Source: a virus
Direction: 5' to 3' (one strand)
IMG/VR virus record: IMGVR_UViG_3300042731_001312
Location: 1-64,000 of that record
DNA length: 64,000 nucleotides
The notes beneath the pieces were generated by a model that ran no database searches, was not told where the DNA came from, and saw only the letters and a list, made by a program, of their open reading frames with translations. Both the position numbers and the translations under genes were made by a program. Positions 47,686 to 55,883 of this stretch are shown here, piece after piece (position 1 is the first letter of the stretch; each line of letters begins with the position of its first letter).

Positions 47686-47844
47686 TTAGTGCGATGTATA
47701 GAGCTCTATTCTGGCAGGTATAACGACTGTCATATTACAGCCATCACAACATTTTCCAGAGTCTTTAACTGGCCACGGATTATTACCGTATTGCCCCTTG
47801 ATAAGCTCGTCGCAAATGCAACATTTAAAAGGTTCTTTTACCAT
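47686..47844 (-). CDS. 52-aa Cys-rich zinc-binding protein
   Basis: MVKEPFKCCICDELIKGQYGNNPWPVKDSGKCCDGCNMTVVIPARIELYTSH; start overlaps the upstream stop; absent from the ORF track. Confidence 0.85.
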   Translation of the reverse strand: MVKEPFKCCICDELIKGQYGNNPWPVKDSGKCCDGCNMTVVIPARIELYTSH

Positions 47845-48134
47845 ACTTGTGTCATTGATTCACCGTACTCGGCGATGTCGTCTTTAATAATATTGATAAT
47901 GTCTTCGATTCGCCTTACATCTTCCATCGGCAATCCAAGTGTTTTTGAGTCTTCAAGCAGAGTATCATATAGATAACCATCCCAGATACCGCTAAGAGCA
48001 TTTGTTACGTTGTTAAAGATACTTTCATCATTGTCAATACACCATGACTGGACTCGTCTAATGGTTTCTGCGTGGTAGCTCATAAGCTCCCCGTCAAATA
48101 ATTGGTGTCTGTTGAATCTTTGATAATTTGCCAT
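47838..48134 (-). CDS. Hypothetical protein (reverse early island 2)
   Basis: 98-aa ORF directly downstream of the promoter cassette. Confidence 0.75.
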   Translation of the reverse strand: MANYQRFNRHQLFDGELMSYHAETIRRVQSWCIDNDESIFNNVTNALSGIWDGYLYDTLLEDSKTLGLPMEDVRRIEDIINIIKDDIAEYGESMTQVW

Positions 48135-48145
48135 TTGTCTCCTTG

Positions 48146-48169
48146 TTTAATTACAGTACTAATATAATA
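48146..48169 (-). promoter_or_regulatory. Putative early promoter core (copy 2)
   Basis: 24-bp identity with the other two copies. Confidence 0.85.
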
Positions 48170-48234
48170 AAAAAATCTGATATATGAAACTTTTTTAGCA
48201 ACTATTTTGCAAAAAACTTATTAACATCACCGCA

Positions 48235-48261
48235 GAAACAAATCAGAATGTAGATATATAA
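48235..48261 (+). promoter_or_regulatory. Composite promoter: GAAAC-N17-TATAA overlapping GATATATA
   Basis: Both motifs superimposed upstream of 48291 and gp32. Confidence 0.55.
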
Positions 48262-48290
48262 TATGTATAACAAACAAAAGAATTGGTGAT

Positions 48291-48485
48291 ATGTTGATTA
48301 CAGCGGACTACTTCCGTCTCAATGAGATCCTTACACAAATGGTGGAAGCTAACCAGCTCACAGAAGGTGAGCGTGAAGAGTTACTACACAAATCAGGGCT
48401 GATTAAGCAAGAGGACGGGACATGGAAGGAAGTATCTACAGACTCTAGAACAGGGTATGCTGAAGCTTATTTGACATTGGACTGA
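48291..48485 (+). CDS. Hypothetical protein
   Basis: 64-aa ORF after the promoter. Confidence 0.65.
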   Translation: MLITADYFRLNEILTQMVEANQLTEGEREELLHKSGLIKQEDGTWKEVSTDSRTGYAEAYLTLD

Positions 48486-48511
48486 AACTATTGATTGTTG
48501 TGCAACTATAA
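48484..48511 (+). promoter_or_regulatory. Putative middle promoter GAAAC-N18-TATAA for gp32
   Basis: Consensus match 52 nt upstream of the gp32 start. Confidence 0.6.
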
Positions 48512-48562
48512 GGTATTGAAAGTAATTTTCAAGTTTTAAACATTTAAACAATTTTAAGTATC

Positions 48563-49492
48563 ATGAGTGAAAATTTTGACATTTTTAACTTGGGCGTAGA
48601 AGACGTTGAAACGCATCAGCCCCAACAAACAACGGTAAACGAAGTTTACAAACCAACTGCCGATGACGGCAAAGACGGAACTTACAAAGCACTAGTGCGT
48701 TTTGTTCCAAACCCAGAGAATCCAAGAAAATCTCTGATTCAAAAGTACGTACACTGGATGACTAACTCAAACGGTGACGGTAAATTAGTTGACTCTCCAG
48801 CTACTATCGGCGAGCACTGTCCAATTGCAGATGTATTCTGGAAATTGCGCAAGTCTGACTCAGCGGTAGATCGAAAATCTTCTGAGAAGCTAAAGAGACG
48901 TCAGCAGTACTATTCTCTTATTAAGATTATTAAAGATCCACAAAACCCAGAACTAGAGGGTACTTACAAAGTATTCAAATTCGGTTACAAGATCAAAGAA
49001 AAGATCGACTCTGAGTTGAAGCCTGATTTTGGTGAGCCAACACAAGTATACGATCTATTTGAAGGTAAGAACTTTGAATTAGTTATCACTCGCCAAGGTG
49101 AGTACAATAACTACGATAAGTCTAAGTTCTCTTCTAGTAAATCTGCAATCTTAATGGGTGATACTCCAGCAGAAAGAACTCAAGAGGCAATGAGTCAAAT
49201 TAAAGCTGAACTAGAGAATGCTCCTTCATTGGCACAATATGACTATAAGCCATGGGACGAAGACACTAGAGCATTCGTTAACAACGTTCTTAGAATGTAT
49301 CTAAATCCAGGTGACTCGATCGCCGCAGTAACTGCAACTCCAGCTTCAAAGCAAGCAACTGCTAAAGCAGAACCTGCTCCTGTGGCAGCACCAGCAGCAG
49401 TAGCCGCACCTGCAAAAGTAGACACTGAAACAGCTGCACCTGCAAATACGGATGATGATTTAGATTCCTTCTTAAATGACCTCAACCTCTAA
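48563..49492 (+). CDS. 32: Single-stranded DNA-binding protein, T4 gp32-like
   Basis: ALVRFVP, CPI, KRRQQYYS..KIIKDP.NPELEG..KVFKFG.KI, NYDKSKF, acidic tail DDDLDSFLNDL. Confidence 0.92.
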   Translation: MSENFDIFNLGVEDVETHQPQQTTVNEVYKPTADDGKDGTYKALVRFVPNPENPRKSLIQKYVHWMTNSNGDGKLVDSPATIGEHCPIADVFWKLRKSDSAVDRKSSEKLKRRQQYYSLIKIIKDPQNPELEGTYKVFKFGYKIKEKIDSELKPDFGEPTQVYDLFEGKNFELVITRQGEYNNYDKSKFSSSKSAILMGDTPAERTQEAMSQIKAELENAPSLAQYDYKPWDEDTRAFVNNVLRMYLNPGDSIAAVTATPASKQATAKAEPAPVAAPAAVAAPAKVDTETAAPANTDDDLDSFLNDLNL

Positions 49493-50555
49493 TCCTATAC
49501 AGTTAACAGAGGAGCTTAAGAGTAGAATAAAGAAAGCACTAAAACAAGTTTGTGTAGAACATCATTCTACTCCTAATAAGCAACTACTTAAAGACATGCC
49601 AGGGCGTATAACCCTGGCGTGTCCTTATTGTGGTGATTCTCATACTGATGATACCAAGAAACGTGGTAACATGTATTGGGACACTTTGCAGTATCATTGC
49701 TATAACTGCTCTCACCACACAAACCTGCATAGTTTCTTAAAGGACCATCAGGTTAAAATGCCCAACAATGGTGACTCATTTACTATTATCGACTATATTA
49801 AGGCTAATAAGACACAGGTTACTCAAGACGAAGTCTTACAGAATCAGTCATTAGCTAAAGTACAGGAATTAGGGTTAACAGTCGATGAGTTTAAACAAGT
49901 ATTTGGGGCTAAAGAGATTGAACCTGGGGACTGGATTTGGTTTCAGTTAAAAGACCGATTATTACATAATAAAGCAGATGAGTTTCTGTTTTCCCCCAAA
50001 GGCAATAGACTGTGGATTCTAAACCGTGGGCTTGAAGGTAAAATTATCGGTGCACAATCCAGAAGAATGAAGGGCTATGGGTCTAGATACCTGACCTATG
50101 ACCTACCAAAAATATATGAAGAGTGGAATAAACCGCTCGATCTATCACAAGAGGAATTAAACAAACTTGCAAAAGCCAGCACGCTATTTGGTATTATGCA
50201 AGTTAATTTCCAACAACCAGTAACTCTGTTCGAGGGGCCTATTGACGCTAAGTTTATGCACAACTCTTTAGCGTTAGCTACAGCGGGACGTTCCACAGAA
50301 GAGTTTGATGAAATGGCAACAGTACGTTATATGTTTGATAACGATACTACTGGTAAAAAGAAGATGATGGAAAAATTAAAGAAAGGTAGACCTGTTTTTA
50401 TGTGGTCTAAATTTCTAGAAGATTTTAAGCTAGATACATATAATATCAAGGATTTAAACGACTTGGTAAGAGTATGTTTTGAGCAGAAGTCTCCGGCATG
50501 GAAACAAATTGAAAACTACTTTACATCAAGCGAATTAGACCTATGGTATGTATAA
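49476..50555 (+). CDS. 61: DNA primase, T4 gp61-like
   Basis: CPYCGDS..KKRG...YHCYNC zinc finger; TOPRIM motifs FEGPIDA and FDND. Confidence 0.9.
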   Translation: MTSTSNPIQLTEELKSRIKKALKQVCVEHHSTPNKQLLKDMPGRITLACPYCGDSHTDDTKKRGNMYWDTLQYHCYNCSHHTNLHSFLKDHQVKMPNNGDSFTIIDYIKANKTQVTQDEVLQNQSLAKVQELGLTVDEFKQVFGAKEIEPGDWIWFQLKDRLLHNKADEFLFSPKGNRLWILNRGLEGKIIGAQSRRMKGYGSRYLTYDLPKIYEEWNKPLDLSQEELNKLAKASTLFGIMQVNFQQPVTLFEGPIDAKFMHNSLALATAGRSTEEFDEMATVRYMFDNDTTGKKKMMEKLKKGRPVFMWSKFLEDFKLDTYNIKDLNDLVRVCFEQKSPAWKQIENYFTSSELDLWYV

Positions 50556-50560
50556 AAGAA

Positions 50561-50752
50561 ATGGAAGATAAGTTAGAAGACTTTTTTAAAGACTCTGATA
50601 GATTTAAAGGCAACAAGCTTTTAGTCGGCTTTGATGTAGATGAGTTTAACGTACAGAGTAAAGATTTTGCTGTGGAAAAGCCTAAACTTAAGAAGGGCCA
50701 AAAGGCTGCTAAGTTTATTAAGTCTAATCCAAACAAAAAATCTCTGTTCTAA
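50561..50752 (+). CDS. Hypothetical protein
   Basis: Likely start ATG 50561. Confidence 0.6.
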   Translation: MEDKLEDFFKDSDRFKGNKLLVGFDVDEFNVQSKDFAVEKPKLKKGQKAAKFIKSNPNKKSLF

Positions 50753-50762
50753 TATAACTAAT

Positions 50763-51185
50763 ATGAGTAAAGAAAAGATTCAGGCCCTAGATCAAAAGTT
50801 ATCTGCCCAAAGACAACAGTGGTCAGATACTGTTAGGGGCCTAGCAAAGGGACTAAAGAAAGTCGACGGCATGGAAGATGTTATCGCTGAGGTGTTATCT
50901 TCAAGACAGACCATGGTCGACCAAATCGCGTACCTTAATGTAAAAATAAAAGAACAAAGAACGGCAATCTCAGTTAGATACCGCGAGGCATATATCAGAT
51001 ATTATGAGTATGACTACAAACTAGGTGAGAAGCAAAAGGAAAGGTTTATCGAAACCGATCTGGCAGATGAGAATATTATTCTATCTCATCTAGAAAATCA
51101 ACTAGACTTTTTTAATAGCTCAGTAAAAACCCTAGATAATATGGGCTTTGCTATTAGAAATAGGTTGTCGTTGAATGGACTATAA
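50763..51185 (+). CDS. uvsY: UvsY-like recombination mediator
   Basis: Helical, directly upstream of UvsW; C-terminal FFNSSVKTLDNMGFAIRN. Confidence 0.65.
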   Translation: MSKEKIQALDQKLSAQRQQWSDTVRGLAKGLKKVDGMEDVIAEVLSSRQTMVDQIAYLNVKIKEQRTAISVRYREAYIRYYEYDYKLGEKQKERFIETDLADENIILSHLENQLDFFNSSVKTLDNMGFAIRNRLSLNGL

Positions 51186-51188
51186 TAG

Positions 51189-52697
51189 ATGGAACTAAGT
51201 TTAACAGATAATAAGCAGTTTCTACGTGTTGATGAGGCGAGTGAGTTAGAGATAGAACAGCTTAACATCACTTTTAATCGTAGGATTGAGAACTGGCGAT
51301 TCCACCCTCTTGTGAAAAAGGGTTTATGGGATGGCTATATCTCATATATTAAGGATGATAAATGGATTCCTTCTGGCTTATGGAAAGAGATAATGGACCT
51401 GTGTAAGCAGTATAAGTTTGAGCTTAAGATGAATGGCGTTACCTCGTTGTTCGATCCTAGTGTAAAGCAAGAAGAGTTCACAGAGTGGGCAGAACAGTAT
51501 TTCGACGGCCATGAAATTACACCTAGAGACTATCAGATTGAGGCCGCATATAATATCTTAAGGTTTAGAAGATGTCTAAGTGAATTAGCAACATCAGCAG
51601 GTAAAACCCTGATAACGTATATGGCTCTTGCGTATATGTTAGAGAAGGGTAAAGCAGGCAGAGTATTACTTATTGTCCCAAACGTTTCGCTAGTCGTACA
51701 GGCCTCTGAGGACTTCATGGACTATAACTGGCGTGCAGCTACTAATATTAAAATACAACAGATCTACTCTGGTCAGAAAGTAAGACCCGGTAGAAACGTG
51801 GTAATCGGTACATATCAATCCCTAGTTAAAAAGGATAAAGAATACTTTGAGCAGTTTGACGCTGTAATTATTGATGAGACTCATAAAGCCAAATCCACAT
51901 CAATTAAAACTATTCTACAAAAGTGTACTGCTGCAAACTATCGTTTTGGTTTATCGGGTACAATTCCAAAACCAAAAACATTAGATAGATTAACCTTAAT
52001 GTCTCACACCGGACCTGTGATTACAGAGGTTAATGCAAACTTCTTACAACAAGAAGGCCACATTGCAGGTTGTAATGTGAAAGTAATTAAAATGGATTAT
52101 GCTCCACAAAGTACAAAGAATGCTTTTAGAGAGATGTCCCAAAACAGATATGAAAGTAAAGACGTTTTCAAATTCGAAAGCAATTATGTCATCAATTCAA
52201 CAGGCCGCCTTAGTTTCATTTGCAACATTATTTCCAGAGTACGCGGCAATAGCCTTGTACTTTTCCACAGGATTGAACATGGTAAGAGAATCTATGAGAA
52301 ACTTCGCCAAGATAGCGATAAGCCAATTTACTATGTTGATGGCAACACCGATAAAGACATCCGTGAAGAATATAAGAAGAAAATGGAAGCTGGCGCCCAG
52401 GTTGTTATTGTGGCTTCTTACGGTACATTTTCTACTGGTATTTCTATTAAAAAAATACACAATATCTTCTTTACAGAATCGTTTAAGTCGGAAGTCATAA
52501 TTAGACAATCGATCGGTCGAGGTCTAAGAAAACACCACACCAAATCAGAGGTTAATATTATTGATTTTGTAGATGATTTAAGCTCACCGGACTGGGATAA
52601 TTACCTTATCAGACACGCGAAGGCTAGGCAGAAGATCTACAAGGAGCAGAAGTTCCCTTTTGAGATAAAAAATGTAACTTTTGACGGTGATATATAA
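51189..52697 (+). CDS. uvsW: UvsW-like DNA helicase (SF2)
   Basis: WDGYI, PRDYQ, ATSAGKT, DETH, GLSGT, FSTGISIK.IHN, QSIGRGLR, NYL..H...R..IY..QKF. Confidence 0.93.
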   Translation: MELSLTDNKQFLRVDEASELEIEQLNITFNRRIENWRFHPLVKKGLWDGYISYIKDDKWIPSGLWKEIMDLCKQYKFELKMNGVTSLFDPSVKQEEFTEWAEQYFDGHEITPRDYQIEAAYNILRFRRCLSELATSAGKTLITYMALAYMLEKGKAGRVLLIVPNVSLVVQASEDFMDYNWRAATNIKIQQIYSGQKVRPGRNVVIGTYQSLVKKDKEYFEQFDAVIIDETHKAKSTSIKTILQKCTAANYRFGLSGTIPKPKTLDRLTLMSHTGPVITEVNANFLQQEGHIAGCNVKVIKMDYAPQSTKNAFREMSQNRYESKDVFKFESNYVINSTGRLSFICNIISRVRGNSLVLFHRIEHGKRIYEKLRQDSDKPIYYVDGNTDKDIREEYKKKMEAGAQVVIVASYGTFSTGISIKKIHNIFFTESFKSEVIIRQSIGRGLRKHHTKSEVNIIDFVDDLSSPDWDNYLIRHAKARQKIYKEQKFPFEIKNVTFDGDI

Positions 52698-52733
52698 TAC
52701 TATAGTAAAGTATTAAAAATAAATTCAATAAAA

Positions 52734-54584
52734 ATGGGTTCATTAAAACTACAATCTTTTGAAGAGTTTGCAAACGCTTCTGCAAAGGCAGCTGCTGTAA
52801 AACTTGAAGAGGAACAAAGCGCTGCAAGAAACGCTGCAGCAGATCAATTTAAATCTCTATTAGCCGAGTTCGGCGCTACATCATTAAAAGATCTTAACGA
52901 AGAGGAAAGAGGCAAGTTTTACGCTAAACTTGGTGCTTCTGAAATCTCTGAGTCTGTAGCAATCATCGAAGAAGGCACGAGATCTCAAGTAGGTAGAATT
53001 ACTAAAAGAGGTAAAATCGAATCAGTGTATATGCACTATGATGGTTATCCAGACCACATGCTACCTACAATTAAAAAAGGATATAAGGACGGAGCTAACG
53101 TTCAACTACTGTTGAAGAAAGGAGGTGGCTCAGGCCTGGAAGCAGATCCAGCAAAGATTAATTTCTATGGAGATAAGCATGTATTGAAAGGTGACGCTAA
53201 AAATATTGATAAGTATCTAAAGGATGCTGACTATGATGGTGGTGCAGAATTCGTTTACCTATATGATGAAAGAGATGGTAAATGGTATATGGCTGACATC
53301 TATGGCGGCGGTGGTTTAACACCAGCATTTGAGTCATTTATTATTAACGAAGCGTTTGTACCTTCTAAGGGTAATTTAAGAGACGCTAAGAAAGTGTCTA
53401 AGTCGTTAGAGCAAATTATGATGGAAGCGGTTGCTTTAACTAGAGATAAAGAGACTCACCTAGGCGCAGTAAAATACTTATTAATGTATGCACTAGAAGA
53501 TGCTAACTTCCACAGCTATATGGAACCCGTAGCTAAGAAGATTGGCGGAAAGATCAGAACTATTATGGTATCGATCGATGAACTAGGTGGTATTGAACTT
53601 CCTATCGGTGCAAAAACAATCCAAAAATTCCTAGACCAAAGATACTCTAATTTATCTAGCGCAGCTGGATGGTCAGGTATCGGTCTTGTTGAGGGTGTTG
53701 CAATGTATCTAGATGGATGGGGCTTCTCAAAAGAGGCTCAAGCAATCGTAGATCAATTTAATCTAATCTGGCAAAATGAGTCAGTAATGAATGAGGGTAA
53801 TGCATTCCTAGCAGCAAGAGCAAAAGCAATCGAGGAAGATGCTGAAGAGTTCGAGTTTAACGGTAAGACTTACCCGGTTATTAAAGAATCTGATGAGGCT
53901 ATCTGTGAAGCAACTGTTGAGATGGATGCATTAGATCCAGATAATAAAGACTTCTTAAAGTTCTTAAAGAAGAACAGGGTTAAAATCATTAATAAAGTTA
54001 TGGACGGTCCAGGCGGAGGTACACCAGTTATTACAATGCAGGGTAAAAGAAAAGACCTTGAAAAAGTATTAGCAGATCCAGAACTTGGTTGGGACGATCC
54101 AGATTTAGCAGAATATATTGAAGAAGGTAACGCTTTCGGTGCTGCAAGAGCTGAGGCTATTGCTAAAGGTGATGACAAATTCAAAGTAGGAGACGAAGAA
54201 TATCCAGTTGAAGACGTTGACGCTGAAGATAAAGAGAACGCTGAAGAGTTTGCAGCAGAAGGTAATGCTTTCGGTGCTGCAAGAGCAGAGGCTATCGCTA
54301 AAGGCGAAAAAGAATTTACAGTAGACGGAGAAACTTACCCGGTTGAAGACGTTGACGCTGAAGATAAAGAGAACGCTGAAGAGTTTGCTAACGAAGAAGC
54401 AGTTACAGAGGCTGAAGTAAAATCAGACGAAGATTTTAAAGAGTATGCATTCTCTGTTTTACAAAAAGCATTCGGTGATAAATTTGATGAAGAAAAAGCA
54501 CAAGAAGTTGTAGACGGTTTATTGTCTAAGCACGGTGAAGATTATGGTGCAGCAGTAGGTGCATTACAATCGTCATTAGGATAA
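52734..54584 (+). CDS. Modular putative internal-head polyprotein
   Basis: LQSFEEF N-terminus; modules separated by IIEE, FIINE, ESVMNE and AVTE; includes a GTRS..YMHYDGYP module and EGNAF repeats. Confidence 0.7.
   Translation: MGSLKLQSFEEFANASAKAAAVKLEEEQSAARNAAADQFKSLLAEFGATSLKDLNEEERGKFYAKLGASEISESVAIIEEGTRSQVGRITKRGKIESVYMHYDGYPDHMLPTIKKGYKDGANVQLLLKKGGGSGLEADPAKINFYGDKHVLKGDAKNIDKYLKDADYDGGAEFVYLYDERDGKWYMADIYGGGGLTPAFESFIINEAFVPSKGNLRDAKKVSKSLEQIMMEAVALTRDKETHLGAVKYLLMYALEDANFHSYMEPVAKKIGGKIRTIMVSIDELGGIELPIGAKTIQKFLDQRYSNLSSAAGWSGIGLVEGVAMYLDGWGFSKEAQAIVDQFNLIWQNESVMNEGNAFLAARAKAIEEDAEEFEFNGKTYPVIKESDEAICEATVEMDALDPDNKDFLKFLKKNRVKIINKVMDGPGGGTPVITMQGKRKDLEKVLADPELGWDDPDLAEYIEEGNAFGAARAEAIAKGDDKFKVGDEEYPVEDVDAEDKENAEEFAAEGNAFGAARAEAIAKGEKEFTVDGETYPVEDVDAEDKENAEEFANEEAVTEAEVKSDEDFKEYAFSVLQKAFGDKFDEEKAQEVVDGLLSKHGEDYGAAVGALQSSLG
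54123..54392 (+). repeat. 135-bp (45-aa) tandem duplication EGNAFGAARAEAIAKG...EEFA, with a degenerate third copy at about 53793
   Basis: Direct repeat visible in DNA and protein. Confidence 0.9.
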
Positions 54585-54602
54585 ACAAAAACCAAACTTC
54601 TT

Positions 54603-55874
54603 ATGAAGATTTATACAAACTTTCAAGAATTCTTAAACGAAAAAGTCCAGGTTAATAACTTGGACAATTTCGTATTTGAAGGTGGCGCCGCGGGCCACAT
54701 GATGCACCCGTTTGATGACCATTCATTAACATTTGGTGATTTTAAAACTATCGTAAGATCTGCTTTACAAGGAGGTCTAGATTTTGAAGAGGCACCAACT
54801 GAAAAGACAGATGGCCAGAATGTATTCGCAACAGTAAAGGACGGTAAGGCTATGTTTGCCAGAAACAAGGGGCAATTAGCTAATCCACTTGACCTAAACG
54901 GTATTATTGAGATGTTTACTGGCCACGCTTCAAAGCTAGTTGAAGAAACATTCATCTTCGCCGCTAAAGATTTAGCAGAAGCACTGCCAAAGATCAAGGA
55001 CCAATCGGTATTCATGGACGGTAGGGCTTTTATCAACATGGAGCTTATTTACTCTAAGAACCCTAATGTAATCTATTACGACAGAGATGTTATTCAATTC
55101 CACGGTATGAAAGTTACCGATGGTAATGGTAATATCATTAGTGAAGAGAATATCGCAGCAGATATTGTAAAAGCACTACAAGACTTAAAGGCCGATGTGC
55201 AAAAGACCTTTACTATAATTCCCCCTCAAATTTTAAAGATAGGAAAAGACATTAACTTTGACGAGAGAGTCGGCTATTACGAAAAGGCGATAAATAAACT
55301 AAGAGATACTTATAGTCTATCGGATCAAGATGAGGTTAAAATGTATCACGAGGCTTGGTGGAGAAACCAAATCGAAGAGAATTTTGCAGATTTAGACCCG
55401 GCATTAAAAGAGGGACTCTTATTAAGATGGGCGTACCTAGACAAGAAGACTCTAAATATGAGAGAGTTAAAGAAGGCAGTTACTCCAGAACAAGCAAAGG
55501 CCGTTAAAGATTTTGATGGTCAAAGAAACAAGAAGTATAAAGAAAACATTCTACCTTTTGAGAACTTATTTTTAGAATTAGGCGCAGATGTTTTAAAGAA
55601 TGTTTCTAATTTTGTTGCTGCTAATCCAGAAGCTGAGAAAGCAAGATTACACAAGCAGATCAGAACTGAAGCTGACAAGGTTAAAAAGAACGGCGATCTA
55701 AAACAGATTGAGAAGGTAGAAAAAGAATTAAAAAGACTAGAAGGTATCGGCGGTATTGAGTCAATCATTCCAACCGAGGGCCTAGTCTTTAAATACAATG
55801 GTAAAACATTCAAGTTAACTGGGACTTTTGCCGCTATTAACCAGTTAATGGGTATTATTAAATACGGTAGATAA
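54603..55874 (+). CDS. RNA ligase-like ATP-dependent nucleotidyltransferase with a capsid-targeting-like N-terminus
   Basis: TEKTDG (motif I), NMELIY (III), QFHG (IIIa), EGLVF (IV), FKL (V); MKIYTNFQEFLNE. Confidence 0.7.
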   Translation: MKIYTNFQEFLNEKVQVNNLDNFVFEGGAAGHMMHPFDDHSLTFGDFKTIVRSALQGGLDFEEAPTEKTDGQNVFATVKDGKAMFARNKGQLANPLDLNGIIEMFTGHASKLVEETFIFAAKDLAEALPKIKDQSVFMDGRAFINMELIYSKNPNVIYYDRDVIQFHGMKVTDGNGNIISEENIAADIVKALQDLKADVQKTFTIIPPQILKIGKDINFDERVGYYEKAINKLRDTYSLSDQDEVKMYHEAWWRNQIEENFADLDPALKEGLLLRWAYLDKKTLNMRELKKAVTPEQAKAVKDFDGQRNKKYKENILPFENLFLELGADVLKNVSNFVAANPEAEKARLHKQIRTEADKVKKNGDLKQIEKVEKELKRLEGIGGIESIIPTEGLVFKYNGKTFKLTGTFAAINQLMGIIKYGR

Positions 55875-55883
55875 TAAACTATT

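Noticed and set aside
47689-47976. 95-aa plus-strand ORF
   Set aside because: Antisense shadow of two minus-strand genes that have a promoter and coupled start/stop
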